Assembly (NCBI RefSeq): GCF_001447785.1
Contig: NW_015174931.1
Coordinates: 50,280-114,279 of the forward strand
From: Gekko japonicus
Taxonomy: Eukaryota
Direction: 5' to 3'
DNA length: 64,000 nucleotides
Below, piece by piece: positions 26,104-40,300 of the stretch. Numbering within the stretch: position 1 is the stretch's first letter; the number at the start of each line of letters is the position of its first letter. Under the pieces are notes generated by a model. It searched no databases, was not told the origin of the DNA, and saw nothing but the letters and a program-made list of their open reading frames with translations. A program made the translations under genes and the position numbers.

Positions 26104-28464
26104 GTAGGCACAATAATGCATTCTCACCCATAGTCAGTTGCCGTCAATTTGAGTTTTCCTCCACTCGAAGCATCTGTCCAACCATTTGATCACCCCAAGG
26201 TCTCCAGTCAACCATTCTGGGCTCTGCAGAAGGGAAGAGGGCAGTTGGGAACAATTACGTCTACTGCTCAGGTTATCTCAGCATTCCACAGGCCAGTCAG
26301 GGCTGAGAAAGGAGCACCAACCTTGCTGACTGTAAGATCCCCAAGACACATCAAGGAACCTTCGGAATCTCTGCCACCCATGGCAGACCCTTGCAGAGGT
26401 TCCAACTCTAAACCTCTACCAGATAATATTGATCCAGAGTGAGAGAGAAGGAGGAAAGCTAAATTGATCCCTGAGAACACAATCTGCATTTCAAAGATCA
26501 CTGTGGCAGAAGAGTAGATTCAGGAAGAAAGGTCAGTGTGCCTATCTAGTTATCTAGTCTCTCTTGCCACTCAGCCTGGAGGTCTGAGACAGGGGACACC
26601 GCATCTGGAACTTTTAACAGATAATGGTGGTAGAGTGGGAAAATCCCCCATTACCAAACCATGTACTTTGTCTTAGAGAAAACCAAATAAAACATATGTC
26701 CTGCTACATGCACAGGTATCAGGGTGCTCTTGGAGGACCCCATGGTGGCCATGACGTCCTCACTTGCTCCCATCAGAGCAGCTTCAGCATGGTTTTTTCC
26801 TGTAAATCAACCTGGCATTGTCCAGGGATGCTGAATGGAATGTCTCCTTCTCCAGAGCTGTCTGTAGTCCACTCAGAATCTTTTGCACCTCAGTCATTGT
26901 TCCTGCCAATTAGAGTGTATTCTGGTGTGATGTGCTGGTTGTGTTTGTGATGCGGAGACCACCAGGGATGCAAGGCATGGGCCACACAGCCTTTCATCTT
27001 GAGCCAAAGGCTCATGCCTCTGGCAAGCTGTCCTGTCTGTTTAAACTACCCAAAAGACAGGGTACACCAGGAGAATCAGCTTCCAGTGAGCTGACAAGCT
27101 GTTTCAGCCCATAGCCCCCCCTCCCCCGCACTCCTGATTCATCCATGAAAACCCTCTGGTGCATCCAAGTTTGATCCAGTAAGTTTTGTGCATGTATTAG
27201 CATGCTGAATGCTGTCAGCGGCTGGATTTTACCTTCTCTGTAGGTGCAAAGACAGCACATACACTCTAGCATAGCAGCTTTTAAGTTCTACATGATCTGG
27301 CCCATTATGACCCTTGGCCGTGCACAACCCAAAGAAGCAAGAAAATTGCAAGTGTGCGTCAAGAGTGGCTAAATGCTGCTTAGTTTGCATTGTGAGTCAG
27401 TTGTTGAGGCAACCATTTTAAGTGCTTGACCAGTAATGGGTACCGTGAATGAGGAATGTCAGATTTCTGAATACCTCTTTGCAAATATTGTATCTTCCCT
27501 GATTTTTAGCAATGGTTCACTCCAATGGTTGGCCAAATGGAGCACTGAGAAAGCAAATAAATGCAAATAGGTGTTGTGGGCTTTTCTAGAGAAAGAATCC
27601 TCAATTGCAAATAATCCAGTATTGTCGTAGTGGGGCAGGAGCTGGCAAAGAGAATTGCCCCATAGTTAATATATCATGAAAGCCAACAGTCTAATATCAG
27701 TCAAGCACCTGGCACTTTTAGTTTTAGCACCTTGATCTGTTATTGAACATTTCTTCAACAGCGTCTGAAATTCTACCCATAAAAGAGGGTGCAGTTATCT
27801 TGCAAGGGACTTCGGGACTTTTGACCATGAACACCTGATATTAGACTTAACAGATGGCAAGCACCGGGCAGAGGGCTGCTCTGTCAGGTCAGGCTGTGCT
27901 CCAAATCTCCTTTAGAGCTATACCTGGAATGGCATCTTGGGTATTAGCTATTGCATCACTAGGCAGGCAGCATTTCATAAAGCAATGCCTTTCCAAGCTC
28001 CAAACTGACCTTTTACCCGTCTGAAGTGACTTCTAGCTCCCAGGGAGGTTATCAAAGGACTGCAGCTCAGTAGTGTTTTGCCGCATGTTTTGCATGCAGG
28101 AAACCCCAGATTCAGTCTCTGATTCTCCAGCTAAAGAAATTCAGGCAAGCAAGTGTTAGAAAGAGGCCCCGAAAAACTTAGTGATCTGACTCAGGATAAA
28201 ACCGGTTCAGTTTGTCTGTGGCTCAGCAGCAGAAAATATACTTTGTGTGCAGACGTTCCCACCTTCACTTGGCATCTTCAGTTGAACAACCTCAGGGAGC
28301 AGCAACAATATTTCACTGCTGAAGGCCCTGGAGCGTCTCTGCCAGTCAGAGTGGATAATATTAAGCAAAATGGACTCAGTATAAGGCAGCATCATGCATT
28401 CATATGTATTTCGTTTTCTTCCACTACACTGTTTTTTGGTTGTTTTTGTCTGAGGGGGTGAGTA

Positions 28465-28692
28465 GTGTGTGTGTGTGTGTGCATGCGTGTAAGGACTGGA
28501 AGTCATGGTATACTTCTGGCAACCCCTATTGGGGCTTGGATGCTTCAGAGAGGTGGTTTGCTATTGCCTGCCCCTGCATCCCAGCCCTGGTATTCCTTGG
28601 AGGTCTCCCTTCCAAGTTCTTGCTGTGGTCGGCCCTGCTTAGCTTCCAAGATCTGACGGGATCAGGCTTGCCTGGGCTATCCAGGTCAAGGC
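28465..28692 (-). mobile_element. 5S rRNA-derived SINE (SINE3) with (ca)n tail
   Basis: rc gatcttggaagctaagcagggccg...ggaagggagacctccaaggaatacc follows the 5S rRNA internal control region. Confidence 0.75.
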
Positions 28693-31600
28693 ATTTGTTT
28701 GTTTTTGTTGTTGTTGTTGTTTTGCTGAACTTGCCAACCAATTATTGGATGATGAAGACTGGCCCACAAAGAGTCCAGGGCCTACAGTGAGGTCCCATTA
28801 CTTGCTCTTGGCCAAGCTGTTGAGCAGTGCTGCCTCTGAGAGCCCTAGGGGTTGGGATTCTATAATCATGGAGAAAGTTCTGGTTGCAGAAATCCTTTTC
28901 TAAGGCTTCCTGGGATTTAACTTCATACATAAAATTATTCAAATGTACACGGTAAGGTAAAGAGCAAACTGTCGTTTGTGTCTTGGATGAGAACAGGGCT
29001 CACATCCACATTGTTTCTAATCCTGGTATGAGAAAGGCAGTGTCTTCCTAAAGAAGTTGCATGATTCCTGTTGCCAGCAGCCACTCACAGAATCACTGCT
29101 CGCATTGATTATATAAATGTTATTTACAACTCTAATGAAGAGTAACAAATGCTAAGGGCTGTCATAATGTGCAGTCATTGTCATTACAGTAGGTCTATGT
29201 ATAGCCTGCACTAAAAATACTGAAACTCTGTACTAAGAAAATCCAAACTCTGTGCCCCCAAAAAGCTGAACACTTTGACCTGTATATATCATGCAAATAA
29301 ACCAGATTTACTCATAATTGCCTATTATGCATCATTTTCCCCCCTAGCAATCATGACAAGGAAATTAAAGATCCACCGGGAATTCTGTTCATACACAAAC
29401 ACACACTCTCTGCTTCCTGAAGCTGCTCATATTTCACCAATTATGGTATGCACAGTTTCCAGACTAGCTTTCGTAGCCAAAGTGGCTAGAAACCGGCTTT
29501 TGAAACCAAGCTGTGCTTTTACACAAACTTCTGCGCATGCAGAACATGGAGAACTCTGCTCTTAAGTGCATTGTGAGGTTTTAATCCTTCTATTTTAAGG
29601 GCTGCTGTATCCTGAGGGAAGTGGGCTGCCAAAGCACTCACCTTTCCCACCAGATGGGGATCTCACAGTCAGAATCTTTGTAGCAGCTCTTTTTCTCTTC
29701 AGTTTGGTGGTGTTGAAGCCAGCAGCGCCTGCCAAACCATATTTGTGTAGGAGGCGGAAAGTTAACTTTAGTTTTTCTCTTCAAAGGGGGTGTATTCATA
29801 GCAATTACAAAGTATATATGCAGTCATATCACAGAGAGAGCAAGATAGTTTTCCGACTCTTTTCTGAAAAAAAATGCTTCCAAACCAGTTGTTACAGTAC
29901 TTTGAAATTCATAATGAGCAAAAGTTGTTCCCTCTGGAAACCAAGTTGCACAGTATCAAAAGGGTGCAGGATCATACAGGATGGGCTATTTATTGCTGAG
30001 AAAATTTAAAAAAAGACAGAGCCAAAAGGGTGCAACCATTATTTAATGGATAAGATGCAACACATTCTAAAATAATTGCTTCAGCTCATTCACTTTGCCT
30101 TTTGTATATTTTTCTGAGTTTCAGTGTGTGTCCCCCTCTCATCCTTTGATTTTTATTTCTGGGACCAGAAGAATCGATATAGTATGATGCATCACCAAAC
30201 TACAAAGCTGGGCTTTGAGAAAGTTAACAGCTATTGCTATGTGTTCTTTAAAATTTTCAGTGTAAGAAACTGATTTTGGTCCCTTCAGCAGCCCAACTGT
30301 ATTTCCTTAACCTTCAAGTCTCATATCTGGCATAGGCCTTATATTCTCAATTGGTGCTTCTGCTGGACAGATACCGAGATGGGTGAGGCTGCACCATGCC
30401 CCTAGCAGAACACACACCTTTCTAATACTGATGTGGGAAGACCACATTTCCTTAGGAGGGCAGTTCTGAAACTAGCCCACCCCACACACTGGTTCATGTG
30501 AGTATGCTATGGATATAAGGAGGTGGTCTGCTCTGTCTGCCGTCATATGCAGAAACCTGAGATACTGGGGGCAGTAATTTGTCTAAATCCACCTTATTCT
30601 ATATATTTGGGGGATTTCCCAGAATTTCTCATGTCCAGGTTGGAATGTGTAGCATAAGACGGTTCATCTAACTTCATGGCCCACTTCTGAAGTCATGTGT
30701 TCACACCACAAGCAGGAGAGAGAAGGTATTCCTCCCCCCCTTCTTCTCCTACCACAGTCTTCTGCTTTTTTGCGAGTGGGTAGTTCACTAGGGGAGAAGA
30801 ACAGAAAAATGAGCACTGCCACCTGCTCATTTCAACCAGAAGGGCAGGATGCTTACTCATGAGTAAATTCACTCCCGCATACCGTTTGAAATTATGTCCC
30901 CCATCCAGCAGGCCTGTTATAGTCATTGTTTGGTACAGATCTGCTGCCCACCACTTGGGAAAGAGCCATTTCTAGAAGATCTGTACCATTTTTACACAAA
31001 ACATTAGTATGCTTAACAATGAGCAGATCTCTGGGGCAGGATTGTAGCCTTCTGCCTGCCAATCATCCGATTTTCTGTAGTCCTTCATAATGAGATGAAC
31101 ATAGATGTACAAAGTTTTGTATGAAGTCTACTCAGATGCTCTGTGGAAGCGCAAATGGATATGAAGTCAGGAAGTTCTTCTGGACTCTGGAGCTCTCCTG
31201 GAATCACAACTAATCCCCAGACTACAGAGATCAGTTCCTTTGGAGAATATGGCAGCTTCAGAGGGTATACTCTGTGGCATCAGATCCTTGCTGAGATCCC
31301 TCCCCAGTCACTGGCTCCAAGCTTCCCAGGAATTCCCCAAGCCAGAGTTGGCAATTCTAATAGGTGTTAAATTTGCATTATAAACCAAAGCTGATTTATG
31401 AAAACACCTTTGATTTAGTGTTACTTGGAAGCTTAGAGTTCCAAAATGTGTAGGAAAAATAAACAAGGACCAAAAGCCAGCACACGTATCCAATAAACAC
31501 ATCCTCAAATCCCTCAGTCCAGTTGTTGAGATTTTGAATACAGTAGGAGCCGTGAACACAGTCACAGAAGGAAATGGACACAATGTTCTAATATTTATTT

Positions 31601-31705
31601 GCACAGCTCTGTCTGCAGCCTCCAGTTCCTTTCCCTCTTCAGTTTAAGACCTGAAGGAACTCCTTCTTCTCCTTTGTATTTATGTAAAATGAAGCCATTG
31701 GTGGC

Positions 31706-31912
31706 CAGTGTTCCCTCTAAGCTGAGTTAGTGTGAGCTAGCTCACAGTTTTTTAGCCTCTGGCTCACACATTTTTGTCTTGTCTCAGGAAGGGATGGCTC
31801 CAGAGCAAACTAATTTATGCAGGAGCCAAATAGCTCGCTCACAACTTTAATGCCAGTAGCTCACAAAGCAGGATTCTTGCTCACAAGACTCCACAGCTTA
31901 GAGGGAGCATTG
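31706..31912 (+). mobile_element. hAT-type MITE (~206 bp family, copy 2)
   Basis: Near identical to 3765-3970; flank repeat (ttg)gtggc. Confidence 0.85.
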
Positions 31913-32153
31913 GTGGCATATGCCCTGGCTATGCATCTCTTAGCTTTACCAGATGAACCTCAGCCTGACAATTACTTCTCTTTGTTAAGGACAGTGAAAT
32001 CCTAGCCATACCTTTTTTTAAAGTCTTCAGCATGGAACAGGACCAAGGAACACTGGAGATTTAGAAGTGTCCTGGTTGAACAGCTGTTAGCAAGGTTGCA
32101 GAAGAAAGCAACAGGCAAAAGAAGCCAGGCATGTGGCAACACATTGGTCCAGC

Positions 32154-32362
32154 CAGGGCCGGCTCACTCACTAGGCGAACTAGGCGATCGCCTAGAGCGG
32201 GATGGCCCTTAGGGGCACCAAACTGCACCCCTTACTCTGGGAGTTTCTTGATTGTGTTTTTCATTCTTCCTAAAATGCATTTATTTTTGAAAATTGGTGG
32301 GCGCACTGGGGGGGCATAAGGGATCCTCGCCTAGGGTGCAAAATAAGCTGGAGCCGGCCCTG
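32154..32362. mobile_element. hAT-type MITE
   Basis: TIR cagggccggctc / gagccggccctg; perfect TSD ggtccagc. Confidence 0.85.
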
Positions 32363-32576
32363 GGTCCAGCATTCTTTAAAGTAAAACTAAATCTTCAGTA
32401 AAATTAAAAACTAGGACTTAACAATTCAACCTGTGCATACTCTTCTATTCAGACTGGGCAAATTAATTGCAGTGTGAGGCTATATATCAAGGTACTTTCC
32501 AAAGCAACCTTAGTTTAGACAAAGAACAGCCATGTTACTCATTATTTATATATCAATAGCGAAGTTGGCCAGTTCT

Positions 32577-33850
32577 TAGAATCATACAGTTGGAAGGGAC
32601 CTCCAGGGTCATCTAGTCCAACCCCCTGCGCAAGGCAGGAAATTCACAAATACCTCCCCCTCCACACCCACAGTGACCCCTGTTCCATGCCCGGGACAAA
32701 AAAAAAACCCTCCAGGATCTCCAGCCAAACTAGCCTTGAGAAAAATTGCTTCCTGACCCCAAAGTGGCGATCAGCATTTCCCTGGGCATGTAAGAAAGGG
32801 CCACAAGAACTAAGCACTGAGGCAACCCTTCCTGCCCTCCCTCTCATGATCTGCCTAAGTTCACAGAATCCACATTGCTGTCAGATGGCTGTCTAGCCTG
32901 TGTTTGAAAACCTCCAAAGAAGGAGAGCCCACCACCTCCCGAGGAAGCCTGTTCCACTGAGGAAACACTCTAACTGTCAGGAAGTTCCTCCTAATGTTTA
33001 GCTGAAAACTCTTCTGATTTAATTTCAACCCGTTGGTTCTGGTCCGACCTTCTGGAGCAACAGAAAACAACTCTGTACCATCCTTTATATGACAACCCTT
33101 CAGTCGTCTCCTTTCCAGGCTAAACATACCCAGCTCCTTCGACCTTTCTTCATAGGACTCCAGACCCCTCACTATCTTCGTTGCCCTCCAGCTTGTCTAT
33201 ATCTTTCTTAAATTGTGGTGCCCAAAACTGAACACAATACTCTTTTGTTGTTGTTGTTCAGTCGCACAGTCGAGTCCGACTCTTCGCGACCCCATGGACC
33301 ATCTCCCGCCAGGCCCTCCTGTCTTCCGCTGTCCTCTGAAGTTGGCTCAATTTCATGTTCCTTGCGTCGCTGACACTGTCCAACCATCTCATTTTTTGCC
33401 GTCCCCGTCTTCTTTGACCTTCAATCTTTCCCAGCATCAGGGTCTTCTCCAGTGAGTGCTCCCTTCTCATTTGGTGGCCAAAGTATTTGAGCTTCAGTTT
33501 CATTATCTGGCCTTCCAGGGAACGGTCAGGGTTGATTTCTTTTAGGATTGACTGATTTGATCTTCTTGCAGTCCAAGGGACTCTCAAGAGTCTTCTCCAG
33601 CACCATAGTTCAAAAGAATCTATTCTTCGGCGCTCGGCCTTCCTTATAGTCCAACTCTCGCAGCCATACATGACTACTGGGAATACCATTGCGTTGACCA
33701 TGGAGACTTTTGTTGGCAGGGTGATGTCTCTACTTTTTATCATGGTGAGATCTAACCAGAGCAGAGTAAAGTGGTACCATCACTTTGCATGATCTGGACA
33801 CTATACTTCTGTTGATACAGCCCAGAATTGTATTTGCCTTTTTAGCAACC
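32577..33850 (-). mobile_element. CR1 LINE 3' fragment interrupted by BovB
   Basis: ORF 32861-33172 (YEERSKELGMFSLERRRL, WNRLPREVVGSPSLEVFK); CR1 resumes at ~33744. Confidence 0.9.
33245..33743 (-). mobile_element. RTE/BovB LINE 3' fragment
   Basis: Open frame KSRDITLPTKV...VFPVVMYGCESWTIRKAE...; (caa)n tail. Confidence 0.92.
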
Positions 33851-34356
33851 AGCATGGTGTTTAAAAAAAACCCAAAAACCTCCCAAAATGATAAAAGAAG
33901 AACCTATAGCTTTAAACAATGGATTCCCTCAGTGGCTGTTGCTAGGCAACCACAATATTCCACACTGGGTTTCTGTGACTAAAAAGGCAGCGGGAGACGG
34001 CAGGGTCCTTTCTAGGCCTATTTTAGCCTTTGAAGAAGAACTCATCGGAACCAGGCCTCCTAGGTTTGCCAGCTCCAGGTTTGAAATTCCTGGAAATTTT
34101 GTGGTGGAGTCTGAGAAGAACAGGGTTTGGGAAGAGAGAGGCCTCAGTTGAATATAATGTCATAGAGTCCACCCTCCAAAACAGTAATTTCCTCCAGGAG
34201 GACAGATGTCTGTCATCTGGAGTTCAGGTATAATTTTTGAGGTCTCCAGGTCCCACTTTGAGGTTGGCAACCCAGGGTCTGGAAGCAACCTCTGGGTGAT
34301 GTGATACCACCCAACTTGCATGACCCAACTAGGCCTGCCTGCTTACTACTCTATGA

Positions 34357-34590
34357 AAGCCAGTGTGGTGTAGCAGTTAGAGCTTCAGAGTAGGGTCTGG
34401 GAGACCCAGATTCAAATCCCCATCTTGCTGTGGAAGCTCACTGGGTGATTTTGGACCAGTCACATACTTTCAGCCTAACCTGCCTCACAGGGGTGTTGTG
34501 TGGATAAAAAGAAAAGAGGAGGAAAACGTAAGCTGCTTTGGTCCCCATAGTGGAGAAAGGGGGGATACAAATGAAGTAATAATAAATACA
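34357..34590 (+). mobile_element. tRNA-derived SINE (Squam3/MIR-like)
   Basis: agccagtgtggtgtagc head; A-rich tail. Confidence 0.65.
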
Positions 34591-34869
34591 GCTGAAGATG
34601 GGAGGCAAATAAAAGGTAGGTTAGTGAATGGCTGATAAGAAGAGAATGAGCCAGGGAAAGGGGAGAGGATATGGGGGTTGCCAGGATGAAAAGAGGAAAT
34701 GGTGAGGGGTGGGGGATCCAGGGGAAAGTGAGGTGTCACCCCACAAGAGGATTCTTTACCACGCAAGTGGGCCTGGCCGAGTGGCTGGCACCACACAACC
34801 TCAGCCACAGTTTTCTTACGTTGAGGCTGCTGGGAGGAGGAAGAAGGAAAGCTAAAGACAGAGGGGCAG

Positions 34870-35212
34870 ATAAATGTAGTTTGGCTGTTGAGTTTGGAGA
34901 GGGGAGGGACCTCAGACAGCCCACCCACCAAAGCAGCCATTTCCTCCAAGGGAACTAGGGTTGCCAACCTCCATGTGGGGGCTTCATATCACACAGAATT
35001 ACAACTGGTCTCTAGATGACAGAGATCAGTTCCCCTGGAGAAAATGGCTGCTTTGGAGGGTGGACTCTATACCCTGCTGAAGTTGCTTCCATCCCCAAAT
35101 CTTGCCCTCCCAAGGCTCCACCTCCAAATCTCCAGAAATTTCCCAACCTGGTGCTGGCAACTGCTTTCTGTAGTTAGAAGATCTCCAGGCCCCACTTGGA
35201 GGGTGGCAACCT
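34870..35212. mobile_element. Nested tagggttgcc-family MITEs
   Basis: Copy ~34957-35162 lies inside an oppositely oriented copy. Confidence 0.55.
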
Positions 35213-35618
35213 AGAAGGAAGCAGGAAAAGGAGAGACGCTATGGGGGCTTTCAGGAAAGGGGAAAAGGAAATAGTGGGGGAGGGGAAATGAGATGCATCC
35301 CACAAGTCCTTGTGGGTTCCCACTTGTAATTCTTTATTCTTCACCAGTGACATAACAAAGCCCAAAGGAAGAACCTTCTCTGTTCTTTGAATAATTGGAG
35401 GATATCACTCAGCAGCATCAATACTTTCTCAAAAAAATGGGTAGTTGACTGGATTGTTACTTTATGGCCTGAAAATATGTCCAACATATGAACTAAGAGA
35501 TGGTCTCCAATTAGTCTTTTCAGGCTGTTTTGCACTGATAAATATATTTATTTATTTAGCTACAGGGGCTTGAGCTTCCCACTAATGCTTAAAAATCTGT
35601 ATGTGGGATACGAACACC

Positions 35619-36056
35619 CAGGGCTTTTTTTTTTGTAGAAAAAGCCCAGCAGGAACTCATTAGCATAATAGGCCACACCCAAAAACAGAAACGCGTTAGC
35701 ATATTATGCCACACCCCATGCCTTCTCTTGGCTTGCCCAGGCGCCCCATGGCTGTGGAGAGCCCTGGCAAGCAGGGACCCCGGGCAAGCCGGCCCTTGGA
35801 GGGGAGGTAGTTTAAACTGCCTTCCCTTGGCTTGCCCGGGCACCACATGGCTGTGGGAAGTCCAGGCAAGTCAGCCCTTGGACAGGCCGGGGATGGCATG
35901 GGGAAGCATTTAAATGCCTCCCCGATCCTCCCTGGCCCGCATGCCTCGGGGTCACTGGGGGGGGGGTCGCTCTCCAGGCCTTCCCTCTGTAGCCACGCAC
36001 ACAGAGGTTTTGGCTGTAGTGGGCGTGGCCAACTCTGAAGCCAGCCGGAACCCCGT
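35619..36056. mobile_element. GC-rich hAT-type element running into an assembly gap
   Basis: Starts cagggctttttttttgtagaaaaagcccagcaggaactc as in the 8953-9348 family; internal cttggcttgccc repeats. Confidence 0.55.
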
Positions 36057-36080
36057 NNNNNNNNNNNNNNNNNNNNNNNN
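36057..36080. other. Assembly gap (24 N)
   Basis: Run of n. Confidence 1.
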
Positions 36081-37137
36081 CCAAAATTAAAGCTGTTGTA
36101 ATGCAAAACCAAATGTCCACAGATAGACACCATATACATGGTATGGAAATGAATATTGTATTCTTATATTTATGAACTGTAGAGTTGAATAGATATAGTG
36201 GGAGAGTTAGAATGGTTTCTTTTATATGTTAGTACTGTTGAGTACAAGAGTATAAGTATTAGTTGTGTTTAGTCCCCTATGTAATTGCAGCGATAATAAA
36301 ATCATAATAGAAAAAACAAATTAATGCACATTTTAAAGCCAACATCAGGCAGACTTCATTCACACACATATACACCAGTTTACTCCCCTCTACTGTTGTG
36401 TGCCTGATATATTGCTTTATCTCTGGACCCTCTTTGGAAATTTTCCTGATGATACAAGTTGATAAAGAAACAGAAGGAATTCCTAGGTCAGAGAGATTAA
36501 GGCTGCCAACCGAGAATGTGTGGAATTTACCACTGGACTTGAATAGAACCCTTTACAGGGCTTTGTCATCTCATCTTCAAAAAGGCCACAAATGGATGAA
36601 GCAAATATCTTAGAGAAGAAGCAAAGTTAACCGTTTCCTGAATAGCAGTAAGGAATGCAGCCATCTGAGTACTAGGAGGCTGACCCCACTGAGGAAAGTC
36701 TGCTCTGCTTTATAGTCTGCTGCTTCATCTTCAATTTATCCCCCTGCCTGAAGCAACTTGCCTGTCATCATTTCTAAAAGCTCTTTTTCTTCCTTTCCCA
36801 CATCATACATACCTGAATCATCTCCATACAAATCCCAGTATGGAATTTATGGGCGAAAGACCACAAGGTGCAAGGAAACTGCTGCCTTCAGCAAAGGAAT
36901 GGGGTAGTTATCGCGGCAACAAAGTCTTTGTACCAAAGTTTGAAAATTCTTATCCTTGAAGATTTTTCTTTTGTGGTGTTAAAGCCTCTACACAGCTGGG
37001 GTGGGGGTAGATTTACAATTATTGTTGCTAATTATTTATAAAAAAAACAACCATAGTAACGAAATACAAATATTTTTCTACCAGACACAGTAGCCACTAA
37101 GTTATAAAAACATGTGCAAATAATAACAACAAATAAT

Positions 37138-37301
37138 ACCAGCTCTGCTCCAGAAGATAGTGTTGCTTGGAACAGCAAGAATCTTGGGAAGATACATCTG
37201 CAATTCCCAAGAACTTGGTTAGATTTCAAATTGCAGAAAACCATCTACCAGTCAAATATCTGACTGTGACTACAACAACAACAGCAACAACAATAATAAT
37301 A
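37138..37301 (+). mobile_element. R4/Dong LINE extreme 3' end with (caa/taa)n tail
   Basis: Encodes PALLQKIVLLGTARILGRY, the typical R4-clade C-terminus. Confidence 0.7.
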
Positions 37302-40300
37302 CCGAGTTGGTTGTTGCCCAGGTTCACAAGGACCACATCAGAGTTTGATGTTCCCAGGTCTTTGGTGAAAAATGGGCTACAGAACATAGGCTCTCTTGTT
37401 GGGCAACCAAGGCTCTCTTGTTGTGCTACTGGAAGCAGGATCTTCTGTAAAGCAAGCAGAGCAGGGACCTGAGCAGCTACTGGAAAACCAGCAACATTTT
37501 TTAGAAAATGGTCTCAAGAACAAAACAGAATCACCTTGCAATGTTATTTTGAATCAAGGTCTAAACAGCATGGATATATGTTTTAAAAAATTGAATTGTG
37601 GAAAGAAAAGTGCCCTGCTTCTACCATCACTGAATAGTGACTAGCAGATCAGTGCTGTTGCATGGAAATAGAGCTAGATGAAATAAGGAACAACAGTCAC
37701 TCAAAGGAAGAACATAAAGGACAAGAATTAATTAAAACCAACCAAGAAATAGGCCATAGAAATGAAGTTTCTCTTGAAAGTCCACTACTTAACAGCGAGA
37801 TATTGACATTACATCATCAGCTCACCTCTGTACAGGAAGAGCTGAAGACAAAAATCTTAGGGCAAAAAAGACCAAGATTACCTGTGCTCAGAACAACATC
37901 AAAGAAAGAACTCGCAAGACTCATTGAAAATATCAGTGCAGCGACTGAAACAATTCCTACAGCAAACATAACTGAAACCAGCCAGATGATGTATAGTGCA
38001 GCGGCTGTAGTCACAAGCGAACTGGGAATGGACATTAAGGAAAAGGCAGTTAAGGATTTTAAGGTGAAACCAAACTGGCAAATGAGATTGGAGAAGAAAA
38101 TCAACAAATGCCATTCAGACTTAAGTGCCTTAAAAGAATTTTTAAAAAAAGGAAATTCAAGAATGAAAGAAGAAAACCAAACCTCAGGAAGAAATATCAG
38201 ATATAAATACAATAGCCCTAGTTGCAAAAGAAATCAAAGAATTGTTGCAATATCCAAGAAGTTCAAGCAGTAGAACAGAAGGATCCAACAGTACAGACAA
38301 AACTTCAAATTCCAGATTAACCAAAGACAGTTCTACAAATAACTAGGGGGAGATGAAAAAAAATAGAAGTAAAACAAAACAAAGAAAAGATAACCTTCTG
38401 GAAAGAACTCTGGGAAGACTCAAAAGAATACAATAAAAAAGCCACCAGGTTCACAGATGTGGTAAACAAACTAAAAGGAAAGCAAATGGAAGATCTCACA
38501 ATAACCCTGGAAAGCCTACAAAAACAATTGAAGAAAGTGAAGAACTGGACAGTGCCGGGAAGAGATGAGGTCCACACTACTGGCTTTAAAAACTGACGTC
38601 TTCATCCACGATTGGTGCAACAGCTTAATGATGTGCTCCATTCCAAAGCAGTAGAAGATTGGCTAACAACTGATGGGACATTTCTCATTCTGAGGAACAA
38701 AGAGAAAGCAGCAATGACAAGCAACTTCCCCCCATTACCTGCCTCCCAACAACTTTTTAGCTACTGACAAGAATTGTAGCCAATTCCATTCAAGAATATC
38801 CACAGATCAATTCAAGTTTACCACATGAACAAAAAGGGAATTTCCGAAAATCCCAAGACACTGAAGATCAGTTACTGATTGATAAAATGGTCTTACAAAA
38901 TTGTAAAAGGCAGAAAACCAACTTGAATGTTGCTTGGATTGATTACAAGAAGGTATCTGATTTACTCCCTTATACATGAATCCTGAAATTACTAGAAATG
39001 GTAGGCACCAGCAAAACTGTAATAACATTTATCAAAAATGCCATGAGTAAATGGAACAGCAGGTTGATAGTGAATGGAGAAGAAATTGGAACAGTTAATA
39101 ATCAAACAAGAAATATTCCAAGGAGACCCACTATCACTGCTGTTCTTTGTCATTGACCTAATACCACTCACAATCATTCTCAAAGAACAGGCCGAGGACA
39201 CCAGCTTTCAAAGTCAGGCCCAAAGATTTCACACTTACTATATATGGATGACTTGAAAGTGTATGGAAAGTCATGATCAGAGACTGATTCTTTACTAAGG
39301 ACAGTTTGAATATTCAGCAAAGATATAGCAATGGAATTTAGCCTTGACAACTGTGCAGCATTAGCACTGAACAGAGGAAAGACCATTGAACAAAAAGAAA
39401 TCAAGATACCAAACAACAACATCAAAACACTCGGCTTTGAAGAAAACTACAAATATTGTGCAATTTTGGAAGCTGATAACATCAAACATACCCTTGTTAA
39501 GAAAAATAGAAAACAAGGAATATTACCAAAGAGTTGAAAAGATATTGCAAAGAAAATTAAATGGAGGCAACACGGTAAAGACAATTATTATATGGGCAGC
39601 CCCAGTTCTAAGACTGGCATTATCAATTGGAAACAAGCAGAATTAAAAGCAATAGATTGCAAAACTCACAAGATAATGACAATGCATCACTCACTACACC
39701 CTAGAAGTGATGTTGGTTATCTTTACTTACCATGAAAATTAGGTGGAAGAGGTCACCTGAAAGTTAAGCAAGCAGTTGAAGAGGAAAAATGAGCATGGAA
39801 TTACTATACCAAGAAAAGCAAAGAGAAGCATCTAGTTGAAGTGTACAAGGCAGACTTATTTAAGGTTTCAGAAACCAAAGAAGATTTCAAGAAGTTTGCA
39901 ATCAAAACTCATTTTGACAACTGGAAGGAAAAGCACTTGAATGGGCAATATTTGAAAGACATAGAGAATAAAGTTGGTAGTTAAAAAACCTGAAAGTTGC
40001 TCTAAAATCGGCACTTGAAGAAAGAAGCAGAAGGATGTGTTCTAGCTGCACAAGAGTAGGCACTCAAAATAAATAGTATGAAAGCCAAGATTCAGAAGGC
40101 CAGTGATAACAGCAAATGTCAACTTTGCAAGACAAAGGATGAAACAGTTGACCACATGGTCAGTGCCTGCAGTAAAATTGCTCAGCCTTATAAAGAATAT
40201 CACAATAGAGGTGCAGCTATGTTGCACTGGAATGTTGCAAGAAGTATGGCTTACCATCAGTCAGAAATTCACGTGAATGCAAACCAGACAAGAGCATGGA

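Noticed and set aside
28560-28692. Functional 5S rRNA gene
   Set aside because: Diverged, especially at the 5' end, and fused to a SINE body and tail
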